From an uncultured Planctomycetia bacterium (GTDB lineage: Bacteria > Omnitrophota > Gorgyraeia > CAYWPX01): DNA of 64,000 bases. This document shows, piece by piece, positions 36,861 to 45,490 of this stretch. A model generated the notes under the pieces. That model was given only the letters and a program-made list of their open reading frames with translations, did no database searches and had not been told where the DNA came from. Numbering within the stretch: position 1 is the stretch's first letter; the number at the start of each line of letters is the position of its first letter. The stretch is taken from positions 83,116 to 147,115 of the forward strand of contig CAYWPX010000004.1 of assembly GCA_964460615.1 (NCBI GenBank), in the 5' to 3' direction. Position numbers and translations under genes: made by a program.

Positions 36861-39056
36861 TTACATTATTGATTCCATCGTAAGCGCCGGATGATTTACC
36901 TTTTCGAGATACGGCAAAAGCTCATCAACAGTGGTAGCTACCGTTTCATCGGCGATTTTATTAATAAAATCCGGGTCCCCTATTTCCTCGCATCGCTTTT
37001 TGAGTTTACCGGCTAAAGATTCTTTTAATTCTTTGGGCATCCAGACGATCCTTTTAAGCCCGCCTTCGGCAGAGATAAATTTCTTGCTTGTTATATAAAG
37101 CCTGCCTACCCCTAAAAATCCCGGTACCTGCTCACCCCCGCCGACAGATCCGGCAAGGGTGGTAAATTTCATACCGCATGGCGTCATACCGTTAAAATTC
37201 CTGTCTACTATCATTACACCATTTGCTTCAGGGATCAATGCAACTATACATTCAAAACATCCGCAGCTTGTTGTAGGAGCGTCCATAATAGAGTAAAGGC
37301 TCATGCGCGAAGTTGTCTTATTGGATTTATTATACATATATTCATTTATCGTTTCCCACTCGCCTTTTTTCTCGTCTATGGTCTTTCCTTTTTTGACCGG
37401 CTCATTGCCGCCTGTGGGGTTTATCTCTGAGGCCGCTTTTCCATCCAGCCAGTTATATGCTCCGCAAAGCCCAAGCCTTTCGGGGCTTATAATACAGATA
37501 TGATTGGGGGCGAATGACTGACAAAGTTTGCATGAATAATAGACATCAACACTTTCGTCTGTCATATGGGCGATCCTTGCGTCGCGCTCATCAAAAGCCT
37601 TCAATGCCTCGGGAAGGCGCTTCAAGATATCCTCTTCTTTTGTATAAATAGTGACCTGCACCTTATCAACAATCGAAGGAAAATCCTTTAGCAGTATCGA
37701 ATGCATGATCACACCTAGGTGTCTTAATTTAAAACCTGCCTTCACAGCGTCTTTACTTATTCTTATCCAGTTCATATCGCGCTGGCCGATATGCATTACA
37801 CCCATCGCTTCGCTTAAAGATGTATGAATGCGCCTTTCCAGGACGGGTTCAAAATCACTCTGCATCTTTCTTCCGGCTACATCGATAACCAAAGCAAACG
37901 GCAAAGCTTTTTTATTTGCACAATCAGCTTCGCTTATCTCAGGGCCTATAACTTCGATCTTGCCGTTTTCAACTTCCTCAAGCTTTCTCATCCTCACATA
38001 TTCAAACGCTTTTGAGGCTTTTCCCCCCATCTCGATGCAAGTCTCTTCTTTTCTTACTCTCTCCCCTTCGAACGCCGGGCCATAAGGAACAGGCACGTCG
38101 GGCTTATCGATAGTAACTTTTATGCCTCTTACTTCAATTCCTTTTTCTACTATTTTATCAACACTTACAGGCGATACAACATGCTCATATTTACACACGC
38201 CTGTTACAAGTATCTGGTCTATATCTGTATCCGCAATTACCGGAAATCCGAAATTTATCGCCCCGGCTGCAACACTAGCCTTAAGGTCGTCTACCGGTCC
38301 AAGCGCGAGGACAAATGCATTGACCCTGTTTTTATTATAAAGAAGTATATCATGAGCCTCTTTTGGCCCTTTTGGCGTTATCCCGCCGAATGTCATAGCG
38401 GCTCTTACGGCAAAATTAATAGCATAAATAGTAGAAGTAAGATCTTTCCCGTATGGTATCAAAAAAGAATCGAGGCCCATTTTTATATTTTCAGCTTCAA
38501 GTTGTTCGGCAATGTTCACGCCGTTAGATTCTCCTGACATAAAAACAAGTATTCTTCTTTCCTGAAGTTTCCTGATAATTTTTACGGCGTCTTTTGATGT
38601 AGGAGCGGCCCCCACTATTGCGGCAAACCCGGACATCCTTCCGTCAACCAGCCTTATGCCCTGTTCCCTTAAGACCCCATCCGGAGTAAACCCGGACCAT
38701 AGACCTGTAGCCGGATTATTGCCTCTAGCGTATTTTAAAGCTTCTATTATTTCAGCGGCAAAAAGCGTAGCCATCCCCGAATCAAGCGCAGGACCTAAAT
38801 AAGGCGTATAGCAACTATCCGTCGGATCATCATGTAAAAGTGTTTTGGCAAAATTTATTATTTGAACAAGATCTGATGCTTTCTGGGCCTTAAGAGCAAG
38901 CATTGCATAGGCAAAAGGAAGATAATAATTTGTATCCGGGAAAGCAACGAGCGCATCGAGCCCTTTTTCTTTGATAAATAGGTTAAGGTCACTCTCTGCG
39001 AGGTTAACCACTTTACGCGCACCGCTAATCGCAAATCCTGCTATTACTTTGGACAT
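36861..39056 (-). CDS. acsB: acetyl-CoA synthase catalytic subunit (CODH/ACS alpha, A-cluster)
   Basis: 731 aa; A-cluster block TSCGCFECIVALIPEANG, FAPNHICIISPERLGLCGA, C-terminal ADETVATTVDELLPYLEKVNHPALTM; full N-terminal CODH-interaction domain. Confidence 0.92.
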   Translation of the reverse strand: MSKVIAGFAISGARKVVNLAESDLNLFIKEKGLDALVAFPDTNYYLPFAYAMLALKAQKASDLVQIINFAKTLLHDDPTDSCYTPYLGPALDSGMATLFAAEIIEALKYARGNNPATGLWSGFTPDGVLREQGIRLVDGRMSGFAAIVGAAPTSKDAVKIIRKLQERRILVFMSGESNGVNIAEQLEAENIKMGLDSFLIPYGKDLTSTIYAINFAVRAAMTFGGITPKGPKEAHDILLYNKNRVNAFVLALGPVDDLKASVAAGAINFGFPVIADTDIDQILVTGVCKYEHVVSPVSVDKIVEKGIEVRGIKVTIDKPDVPVPYGPAFEGERVRKEETCIEMGGKASKAFEYVRMRKLEEVENGKIEVIGPEISEADCANKKALPFALVIDVAGRKMQSDFEPVLERRIHTSLSEAMGVMHIGQRDMNWIRISKDAVKAGFKLRHLGVIMHSILLKDFPSIVDKVQVTIYTKEEDILKRLPEALKAFDERDARIAHMTDESVDVYYSCKLCQSFAPNHICIISPERLGLCGAYNWLDGKAASEINPTGGNEPVKKGKTIDEKKGEWETINEYMYNKSNKTTSRMSLYSIMDAPTTSCGCFECIVALIPEANGVMIVDRNFNGMTPCGMKFTTLAGSVGGGEQVPGFLGVGRLYITSKKFISAEGGLKRIVWMPKELKESLAGKLKKRCEEIGDPDFINKIADETVATTVDELLPYLEKVNHPALTMESIM

Positions 39057-39162
39057 TTATTTTACCTCCAAATTATTTTTAGTACTTCGTCGTTCGTACT
39101 TCGTACATCGTTTTTTATTTTTCTTTTTCGATATACGCTATGCGATGTACGATGTACGGTTT
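39057..39162. repeat. GTACG-family hairpin cassette between cooS-like gene and acsB
   Basis: arm1 GTACATCGTACATCG, loop GAAAAAGAAAAATAAAAAACG, arm2 CGATGTACGAAGTAC; same architecture, different arm sequence with preserved pairing. Confidence 0.7.
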
Positions 39163-40392
39163 TTAATACATCATCGGCGCCAGCTTTAAAGCGCTTCGTT
39201 TTTTATCAATATGATCTATCATTATACGAGCTGCTTTTACCGGATCAGGTTCAAAGGCCCATTTACCGCCTAAGAGCCCTTCAATATCTTTTGTTATAAG
39301 ATTGACTACGTCCTTGCTTTCAATAATAGTCGACGGCGCGCCAAATACAACTAAAGCCCCGCTTGAAACAAAATACCATCCTATTGAAAGCATCTCGGCC
39401 GGCACAAGGTCAAAACTTGCTCCTGCTATCGGCAGATCATCTATACCGGCAAGCCCGGCCTCTTTTGCTATAGCGGCACATGCCAGAAGGATCCTCGAAT
39501 TATCACTCATTAAGCCCATATCAATGACGGGAGGGATCCCGACTGCTTTGCAGACTTCTTTAAGGCCCTTACCGGCTAAATCTTTGGCCTCGGGTTTAAA
39601 AAGCCCTGCTTTTACCGATTCGATTGAACATTTCCCGGTCTGGATAACCAGGCAATCATTTTTGATAAGTTCTTTTATCAATTTTACGCTGTCGGTACCG
39701 GCATTGGACGACGGGCTATCGCTTCCGGCAATCGCAGCAACACCTCTAATGCGCCCGTTAACTATATTATCAAGTAAAGGGACCAAAGAAGCCCTGAATT
39801 TCCCGCCCAGGTGGTATGGGATATTGTTCTCAGAGAATCCCGTTATATAATCATTACCTCCTACGGATTTCTTTGTAACTACCGGCATGCCGAAAATGAT
39901 ATCGCTTAATTCATTCTCTATCATGGCGCTTCCCCACCCCTCGGCAAGCGATGTCCTTATAATATTAGACGCTAGAGAGGCATCGTTTGGGTTTGATACT
40001 TTTGAAACGGCTAAGGCCGTTTCATCAATCTCTCTATTTATACCCCGCGGTATTGCATTAAGCTTTTTCCAGTAATCAGTTTGTTTTTTCAGAGCGCGCT
40101 TTGAAAAAATAAGGGCCGAGTCATCTTTTTTTTCAAATTCATTTAGCAATTTTGCCCCGAGCTCCATTGCGATTTCCGGATCTCTTTTATTCTCAGTAGA
40201 AATTAAAAATTCTATTGCTAGGCTTTTTAATTTCTCGGGACTTTTTATCGAAAGAGTTTTATCCAAGCCTTTTGCGATTGAAATAAGTTTATTTATAAGT
40301 TCTAAGGCTTTTTTAGAATGATTAGAAACCCCGCTTGCTGTAATACTTGCAACATCTTTTACGCTTACGCCTTTTGATTCCGTCTGTACCAT
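39163..40392 (-). CDS. degenerate CooS-like protein: homologue of C-terminal half of Ni-CODH lacking all C-cluster Cys/His ligands
   Basis: Aligns from memory with CooS C-terminal blocks: ASLAEGWGSAMIENELSDIIFG ~ ADGWGGSMIATEISDILFG; VIDMGLMSDNSR ~ VLHMGSCVDNSR; PIAGASFDLVPAEMLSIGW ~ PLVASAPECMSEKALAIGSW; cluster-ligand Cys replaced (CNN->SDSP, C->L, C->F); no N-terminal B/D-cluster domain. Confidence 0.65.
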   Translation of the reverse strand: MVQTESKGVSVKDVASITASGVSNHSKKALELINKLISIAKGLDKTLSIKSPEKLKSLAIEFLISTENKRDPEIAMELGAKLLNEFEKKDDSALIFSKRALKKQTDYWKKLNAIPRGINREIDETALAVSKVSNPNDASLASNIIRTSLAEGWGSAMIENELSDIIFGMPVVTKKSVGGNDYITGFSENNIPYHLGGKFRASLVPLLDNIVNGRIRGVAAIAGSDSPSSNAGTDSVKLIKELIKNDCLVIQTGKCSIESVKAGLFKPEAKDLAGKGLKEVCKAVGIPPVIDMGLMSDNSRILLACAAIAKEAGLAGIDDLPIAGASFDLVPAEMLSIGWYFVSSGALVVFGAPSTIIESKDVVNLITKDIEGLLGGKWAFEPDPVKAARIMIDHIDKKRSALKLAPMMY

Positions 40393-40462
40393 ATCTTTTC
40401 CTTTTTATTTAATATTTTTTGGTTTTTTCGAAATACGATGTACTATGTACGAAATACTGCTT

Positions 40463-41641
40463 TTATAGCCCCAAATCTGTCGGGGCCCTCCCGATAGACT
40501 CCAATAGCTTAGTAACTTCTTCGATCCTTTCTTCTATGCTTGATTCGGTGCCTTTTTTTTCCGGGTATATGGAATAGAGTTTCTGGTATTTTACAGGTGT
40601 CATATCAATCATCAGAGAGTTTCCGCCGGCCAATAACCCTTTTTTAGCTCCTTCAAATTTATCAAGAGTCTCCAGGGCTGTCGTAACAAGGATCCTTGCA
40701 TCAGGATATAGCATTCTGGCACGGGCAATAGACGTAAGCGCCATATCAAGACTTGGAAGAGAAGCGTCTTTTAAGGGAGTATCTTTGTGCGAAATAAAAG
40801 GGCCGAATGAGAACATCTCTGAATGAAGTTTATTCGTAAGATGGATATCTCTTAATATATCCTCCTCGGTCTGGCCGGGTAAACCCACTAAAAAACCGGT
40901 CATTATAAGATATCCCATCCTGTGTAGCTCTTCGATGAGTTCGATCCGTTTTTTTAGATTTGACCCGGGCTTTAAAGAAGAATAGAGATCTTCTTTTGAG
41001 GTCTCGAACCTTAGAAGGATCCCCCTTGCACCTCGTTCGTAGAGTAATTTATAAGTAGATAAATCTCTTTCACCTATACTCATTATTAAAAGAACATTGC
41101 ATCGCGACCTCACCTTATCAATAATATCCATTAATATTTCATCATTATACCACATGTCCTCGCCAGATTGTAGGACTAATGCCTTAAAATTATACTTATT
41201 AACAGCCATATCAGAAGCCTCGACTATCTCATCCACCGACATGCGGTACCTAATTAAATTATCATTACTGTTTCTTATGCCGCAATAGAGGCAGTCCTTA
41301 ACGCAATAGTTTGAAAAATTTATAATACCGTGTACACAGCATGAGTTGCCGGTATGTTCGTGTCTAGTCTTGTTGGCCAGCTGGTAAAGGGTCTTTGCTT
41401 CGCTGGTAAGCCTCATGTCTGTTTCCTGCAACTCGTTAAATAATTCCTTCCAGTCACTAAGGACGGCTTTGGCTTTTGTTTCTTCTACCCTTTCGATGAT
41501 AAACCCGCCCTGGGCAAGGACATAATCGCCTATTGCAAGTTTACAAAAGTCATTCCTGGCTAACTTTCTTTCGCCAAAATAGTCTATCGTAACCAGCTTA
41601 TCTCTTATCTCTACAACAACCCCTGGTATTGCGTAGCACAT
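40463..41641 (-). CDS. HypC/HupF-like domain fused to HydE-type radical-SAM maturase
   Basis: N-terminal ~75 aa MCYAIPGVVVEI...GDYVLAQGGFII matches HypC; remainder ...VHGIINFSNYCVKDCLYCGIRNSNDNLIRYRMSVDEIVE...LVLQSGED...GLPGQTEEDI...TPVKYQKLYSIYPEKK tracks HydE block by block incl. CxxxCxxC. Confidence 0.8.
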   Translation of the reverse strand: MCYAIPGVVVEIRDKLVTIDYFGERKLARNDFCKLAIGDYVLAQGGFIIERVEETKAKAVLSDWKELFNELQETDMRLTSEAKTLYQLANKTRHEHTGNSCCVHGIINFSNYCVKDCLYCGIRNSNDNLIRYRMSVDEIVEASDMAVNKYNFKALVLQSGEDMWYNDEILMDIIDKVRSRCNVLLIMSIGERDLSTYKLLYERGARGILLRFETSKEDLYSSLKPGSNLKKRIELIEELHRMGYLIMTGFLVGLPGQTEEDILRDIHLTNKLHSEMFSFGPFISHKDTPLKDASLPSLDMALTSIARARMLYPDARILVTTALETLDKFEGAKKGLLAGGNSLMIDMTPVKYQKLYSIYPEKKGTESSIEERIEEVTKLLESIGRAPTDLGL

Positions 41642-41642
41642 A

Positions 41643-42998
41643 CTAGTTTTTTAAGTCACCAACCTTTTTAATATATTTATCTATATCAAATTTTCTTCTT
41701 AACCCAGCCTCGTTCATGAATCTAATTTTGCCGAAAATCTTTCTCTCGCCCCAAGCCCTGTCATGTTTTCCAAAACACCACGCTACTCCCGTAAAACCAT
41801 TCGGGTCCCGTCCGTCAAGTTCGTACTTATTATTAAGATAAAGAGCTCTTTTAAATGCATCTTCAGGGGTTTGGGACCACTCAAGTATTTTTTTCCCCCA
41901 ATACATCCTCATATATCCGTGCATCTTACCGGTAATAACCATCTCTCTTTGAGCTGCATTCCAGGCTACGTCATGTGTTTTGGCGTTTTCAAGATCCGGC
42001 AGGCTGTAGGCATAATTCCTCTTATCGCCCTTATGTTCATATAAAGTTTTTTTGGCCCAATTAGGCAATCCTTCAAACGAATCGTAATTTTTATTATAAT
42101 AAATATAATTAAGGCTCAGTTCCCGCCTTATTATAAGTTCTTCGAGGTATGCTGATCTTGCCTTTGACCTTGACCGCATTACTTTTAGCGCAATATATAA
42201 AGGCGAGATCTGGCCAAAATGCAGATAAGGGCTCATATTTGACAGATAATCAACCGATGGATCATTCCTCAGGTCATTAAAATGATTTATTTTTCTTTTA
42301 AGAAAATTATTCAGATGCCTTTTTGCCTCATTCGTCCCCCCGTGAAAATACCCGGAACTCGGGACCTTTTTATCAATATCTAAGGATCGAACCAATCTAT
42401 CAATATTTTTCAAAGATAGCGAACCAATTTTAATATCAAGCGATTTTCTAGCTGGGCGATTTGTTTTTAAGCCTGTGACATATTTCTCTAAGCATCTATT
42501 TATTTTAGGCCTTATAGTGGCAGCGCTGAATTCCTCTTTTGTTGAGGCAACTTCAACAGGCACTACACAATCGCTTTCAACTTCTACCAGCTGGCAGTCA
42601 ATTTTTTTTGCGGCTTCATCTCTCCATGATCGCTGTATCTTCAGATACCCTCTGTCAGCTACTACAAGGCACGCTCTTTTTGATAATTTTATCGCACCGG
42701 CCTCGGGATCATTTTTGATAATTACAAACTTGCCCCCTAATTTTCTTAGCCCCGATTCCACCTCTTTTAAACCCTCGAGCATAAAATAATAATGCCTTAA
42801 ATTCGCTTCCGGGAAATTATCTGTAAGCCCAAAATAGACAACGAGCGGTTTTTTTAAACTATTCGCTTTTAATATGGCATATTGAAGTGCATGGTTATAC
42901 TCAACCCTTTGGGAGGCCTGCATCCAGTAAATTACATAATCCCTGTTGAGCACCGGATTATCATTTAAAAATTTTAACCGCTCTTTTTGAATCATCAA
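41643..42998 (-). CDS. class II CPD photolyase (FAD-dependent DNA photolyase)
   Basis: VIYWMQASQRVEYNHALQYA, RNDPSVDYLSNMSPYLHFGQIS, YELDGRDPNGFTGVAWCFGKHDRAWGER match class II photolyase blocks. Confidence 0.8.
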   Translation of the reverse strand: MMIQKERLKFLNDNPVLNRDYVIYWMQASQRVEYNHALQYAILKANSLKKPLVVYFGLTDNFPEANLRHYYFMLEGLKEVESGLRKLGGKFVIIKNDPEAGAIKLSKRACLVVADRGYLKIQRSWRDEAAKKIDCQLVEVESDCVVPVEVASTKEEFSAATIRPKINRCLEKYVTGLKTNRPARKSLDIKIGSLSLKNIDRLVRSLDIDKKVPSSGYFHGGTNEAKRHLNNFLKRKINHFNDLRNDPSVDYLSNMSPYLHFGQISPLYIALKVMRSRSKARSAYLEELIIRRELSLNYIYYNKNYDSFEGLPNWAKKTLYEHKGDKRNYAYSLPDLENAKTHDVAWNAAQREMVITGKMHGYMRMYWGKKILEWSQTPEDAFKRALYLNNKYELDGRDPNGFTGVAWCFGKHDRAWGERKIFGKIRFMNEAGLRRKFDIDKYIKKVGDLKN

Positions 42999-43021
42999 AA
43001 GCTCGTATTTTCAGAACAAAC

Positions 43022-43576
43022 TTATTCACCGAGATTATATCTGACCGTCTCTTTAAATGATTTTCTTATTTTTGGCCTGGGTGATTCAATATCCGAGGGA
43101 CCGGGATATCCAAGGCTTATCAAGATATCGATCTTTTTACTTCTGGGAATATTCAGGATTCTCTTGGCCTCTTTTTCATTGAACCAGCCTAATATACAGC
43201 TACCGACTCCAAGGGCCTGAGCCTGGAGAATAAAATTTGCAACCGCGATCCCAATATCCATAAGGCTGAACTTGACCCCTCTAAAAAAACCGCCAAGTTT
43301 GGATGTATAAGACTCTTTTTCCCTTATGACCGCTATTATAACCGGAGCAGACTTCGCAAATGTATTCATGGAATGAGTACCGGAAAAAACTTTATTAACA
43401 AATTCTTCCTTAAGCTTCGGATCATCTACGACAACAAATGACCATGGCTGCGAGTTACAGGCAGACGGGGCTAAACGCGCCGCCTCTAGACACCTATCAA
43501 TCACATCGCGCGGAATAGTGTCTGTCCGGTACCTTCTTGTGCTTTCTCTCGATTTTACGAGTTCCAGGAAATCCAT
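43022..43576 (-). CDS. nitroreductase family protein
   Basis: RESTRRY...APSACNSQPWSFVVV FMN nitroreductase signature. Confidence 0.8.
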   Translation of the reverse strand: MDFLELVKSRESTRRYRTDTIPRDVIDRCLEAARLAPSACNSQPWSFVVVDDPKLKEEFVNKVFSGTHSMNTFAKSAPVIIAVIREKESYTSKLGGFFRGVKFSLMDIGIAVANFILQAQALGVGSCILGWFNEKEAKRILNIPRSKKIDILISLGYPGPSDIESPRPKIRKSFKETVRYNLGE

Positions 43577-43670
43577 GTCTATGCCTTTAATTAAAAACGA
43601 TTTTTTTCTATGAGCTCTGCCTGCCTACGGCTTTGCCGTGAAGCAGGCGAAACTATGAGCCATGAGCTAA

Positions 43671-44135
43671 TTATCTATTCAAAACCACTATCCAATAATT
43701 AAGTACCGTTGCAAAACTTACCCAAAATACATAAGGTACAAGTAAAATTCCGGCTAATTTGGATATATTAAAAAAACTTACTATCGTCAACACAATTGCA
43801 ATCCACAATAAAGCTATAATAACTAATCCGCCCATTGGCGACCTAAGACCAAAAAAAACCGGAGACCAGACAGCGTTTAGAATTATCTGGATTGCAAAAA
43901 ATAGTAATGCCAATTTAACGGAGCTTTTAGTCGTTTTCTTATTCCAAACCAAAAAAAGCGAAATCGCCATAAGAAAATATAACACTGACCACACGGGGCC
44001 GAATACCCAGTTCGGAGGACTGAAAAAAGGTTTATTAAGTTTATCATACCAATCCGGAATGGAGCCGGCGGTAAAGATAGAGCCTAAAGCCCCTGCCCCG
44101 AAACATATTATAAGGCTTACAAAAAATTTAAACAT
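43671..44135 (-). CDS. tspO: TspO/MBR tryptophan-rich sensory protein
   Basis: 154 aa, five TM, PxWxFGPVWSVLY motif. Confidence 0.8.
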   Translation of the reverse strand: MFKFFVSLIICFGAGALGSIFTAGSIPDWYDKLNKPFFSPPNWVFGPVWSVLYFLMAISLFLVWNKKTTKSSVKLALLFFAIQIILNAVWSPVFFGLRSPMGGLVIIALLWIAIVLTIVSFFNISKLAGILLVPYVFWVSFATVLNYWIVVLNR

Positions 44136-44149
44136 AGATTATTTACTGC

Positions 44150-44914
44150 TTAATTTTTTGTTTCCATAGGAAGTTTTTTGAAACACATAAACCAGTCAAG
44201 GCAATAATAATCAGTACCGGCTTTCTCCACTCTTTCTTTCGCTGTGCCGCATGAACCGGGAGGAGGTATTATTACATCATCCCCGGGCTGCCAGTCAGCG
44301 GGTGTCGCGACGTTATTGGCATCTGATGTCTGCATCGCTATTAATAACCGCTTTATCTCGGAGAAATTCCTGCCGTTCGAAAGAGGGTAATATATCATGG
44401 CCCGGATCTTTGCGCTGGGATCGATAAAAAACACGGCTCTTACGGCTTTGGTATCGCTTGCCGAGGGCTGGACCATCCCGTATTTTTTTGCTACTTCCAT
44501 TTTTATGTCAGCTATTACAGGAAAAGTTATCTCAACATTCTCCATATCTTTATATTTAATTTTATCCTGGATAGTCTTCAACCAGGCTATGTGGCTGTAG
44601 GTACTGTCTATTGAAAGGCCTATAAGCTTGCAATTTAAGGCTTCAAATTCCGGCAACATTTTGGCAAATGTCATAAATTCAGTCGTACATACCGGGGTAA
44701 AATCAGCAGGGTGGCTGAAAAGTATTACCCATTTGCCTTTATAATCCTCAGGAAAACTTATATCACCTTGCGTTGTCTCAGCCTTAAAAGAAGGCGCCAT
44801 TTGGCCGATAAGCGGCATCTGATTAATGGGACATGTCTCGGGTTCAGCGGCAGATAAAGAAGATGCTGTACCCAGAACCACCAATACAAACAAATAAAAA
44901 AATACTTTTTTCAT
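44150..44914 (-). CDS. secreted 1-Cys/Prx6-like peroxiredoxin with Cys-containing C-terminal extension
   Basis: signal peptide; HPADFTPVCTTE peroxidatic motif; extra CGTAKER...YYCLDWFMC tail. Confidence 0.8.
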   Translation of the reverse strand: MKKVFFYLFVLVVLGTASSLSAAEPETCPINQMPLIGQMAPSFKAETTQGDISFPEDYKGKWVILFSHPADFTPVCTTEFMTFAKMLPEFEALNCKLIGLSIDSTYSHIAWLKTIQDKIKYKDMENVEITFPVIADIKMEVAKKYGMVQPSASDTKAVRAVFFIDPSAKIRAMIYYPLSNGRNFSEIKRLLIAMQTSDANNVATPADWQPGDDVIIPPPGSCGTAKERVEKAGTDYYCLDWFMCFKKLPMETKN

Positions 44915-44929
44915 AATGCCCTCCTTGTG

Positions 44930-45475
44930 TTAGAATATTTCACCTTGATTATCCTGCTTAAAGATCTCGCTCATATTTGCTAAATAGGCCGAATATGTTA
45001 TATCATCAAAAGATACGATAACTACTTTTTTTGGATTAGTTGGATTCGTATTAAAAAAATCCCTGATCTCCCTAAGCGCTATTCTTGACGCCCTATCTAC
45101 GGGAAAACGATATGCGCCTGTACTGATCGAAGGAAAAGCGATTGACCTTATCCCGTACTCTTTGGCGAGTTTAAGTGAGTTTTTGTAGCAATTTGCCAAA
45201 AGCTCATCTTCATTATCCTTACCGTCATTCCAGACCGGTCCAACAGTATGAATGACCCATTTAGCCGGAAGGTTATAACCCTTTGTTATTTTCGCTTCGC
45301 CTCGCCTGCATCCATTAAGAGCTTTGCATTCTTCCAAAAGCTTTTCTCCGGCAGCTTTATGGATTGCGCCGTCAACCCCGCCGCCTCCAAGCAAACCAGT
45401 ATTGGCGGCGTTTACTATCGCATCCACGTCCTGTAGAGTTATGTCGCCTTTTACTATCACAATATTCTGGAACAA
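44930..45475 (-). CDS. macro-domain protein (ADP-ribose binding / O-acetyl-ADP-ribose deacetylase-like)
   Basis: [33 protein letters not shown] signature. Confidence 0.85.
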   Translation of the reverse strand: MFQNIVIVKGDITLQDVDAIVNAANTGLLGGGGVDGAIHKAAGEKLLEECKALNGCRRGEAKITKGYNLPAKWVIHTVGPVWNDGKDNEDELLANCYKNSLKLAKEYGIRSIAFPSISTGAYRFPVDRASRIALREIRDFFNTNPTNPKKVVIVSFDDITYSAYLANMSEIFKQDNQGEIF

Positions 45476-45490
45476 AATTTAGGCCTCTGG

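Noticed and set aside
39302-39850. 182-aa plus-strand ORF
   Set aside because: Antisense to the cooS-like gene; no features.
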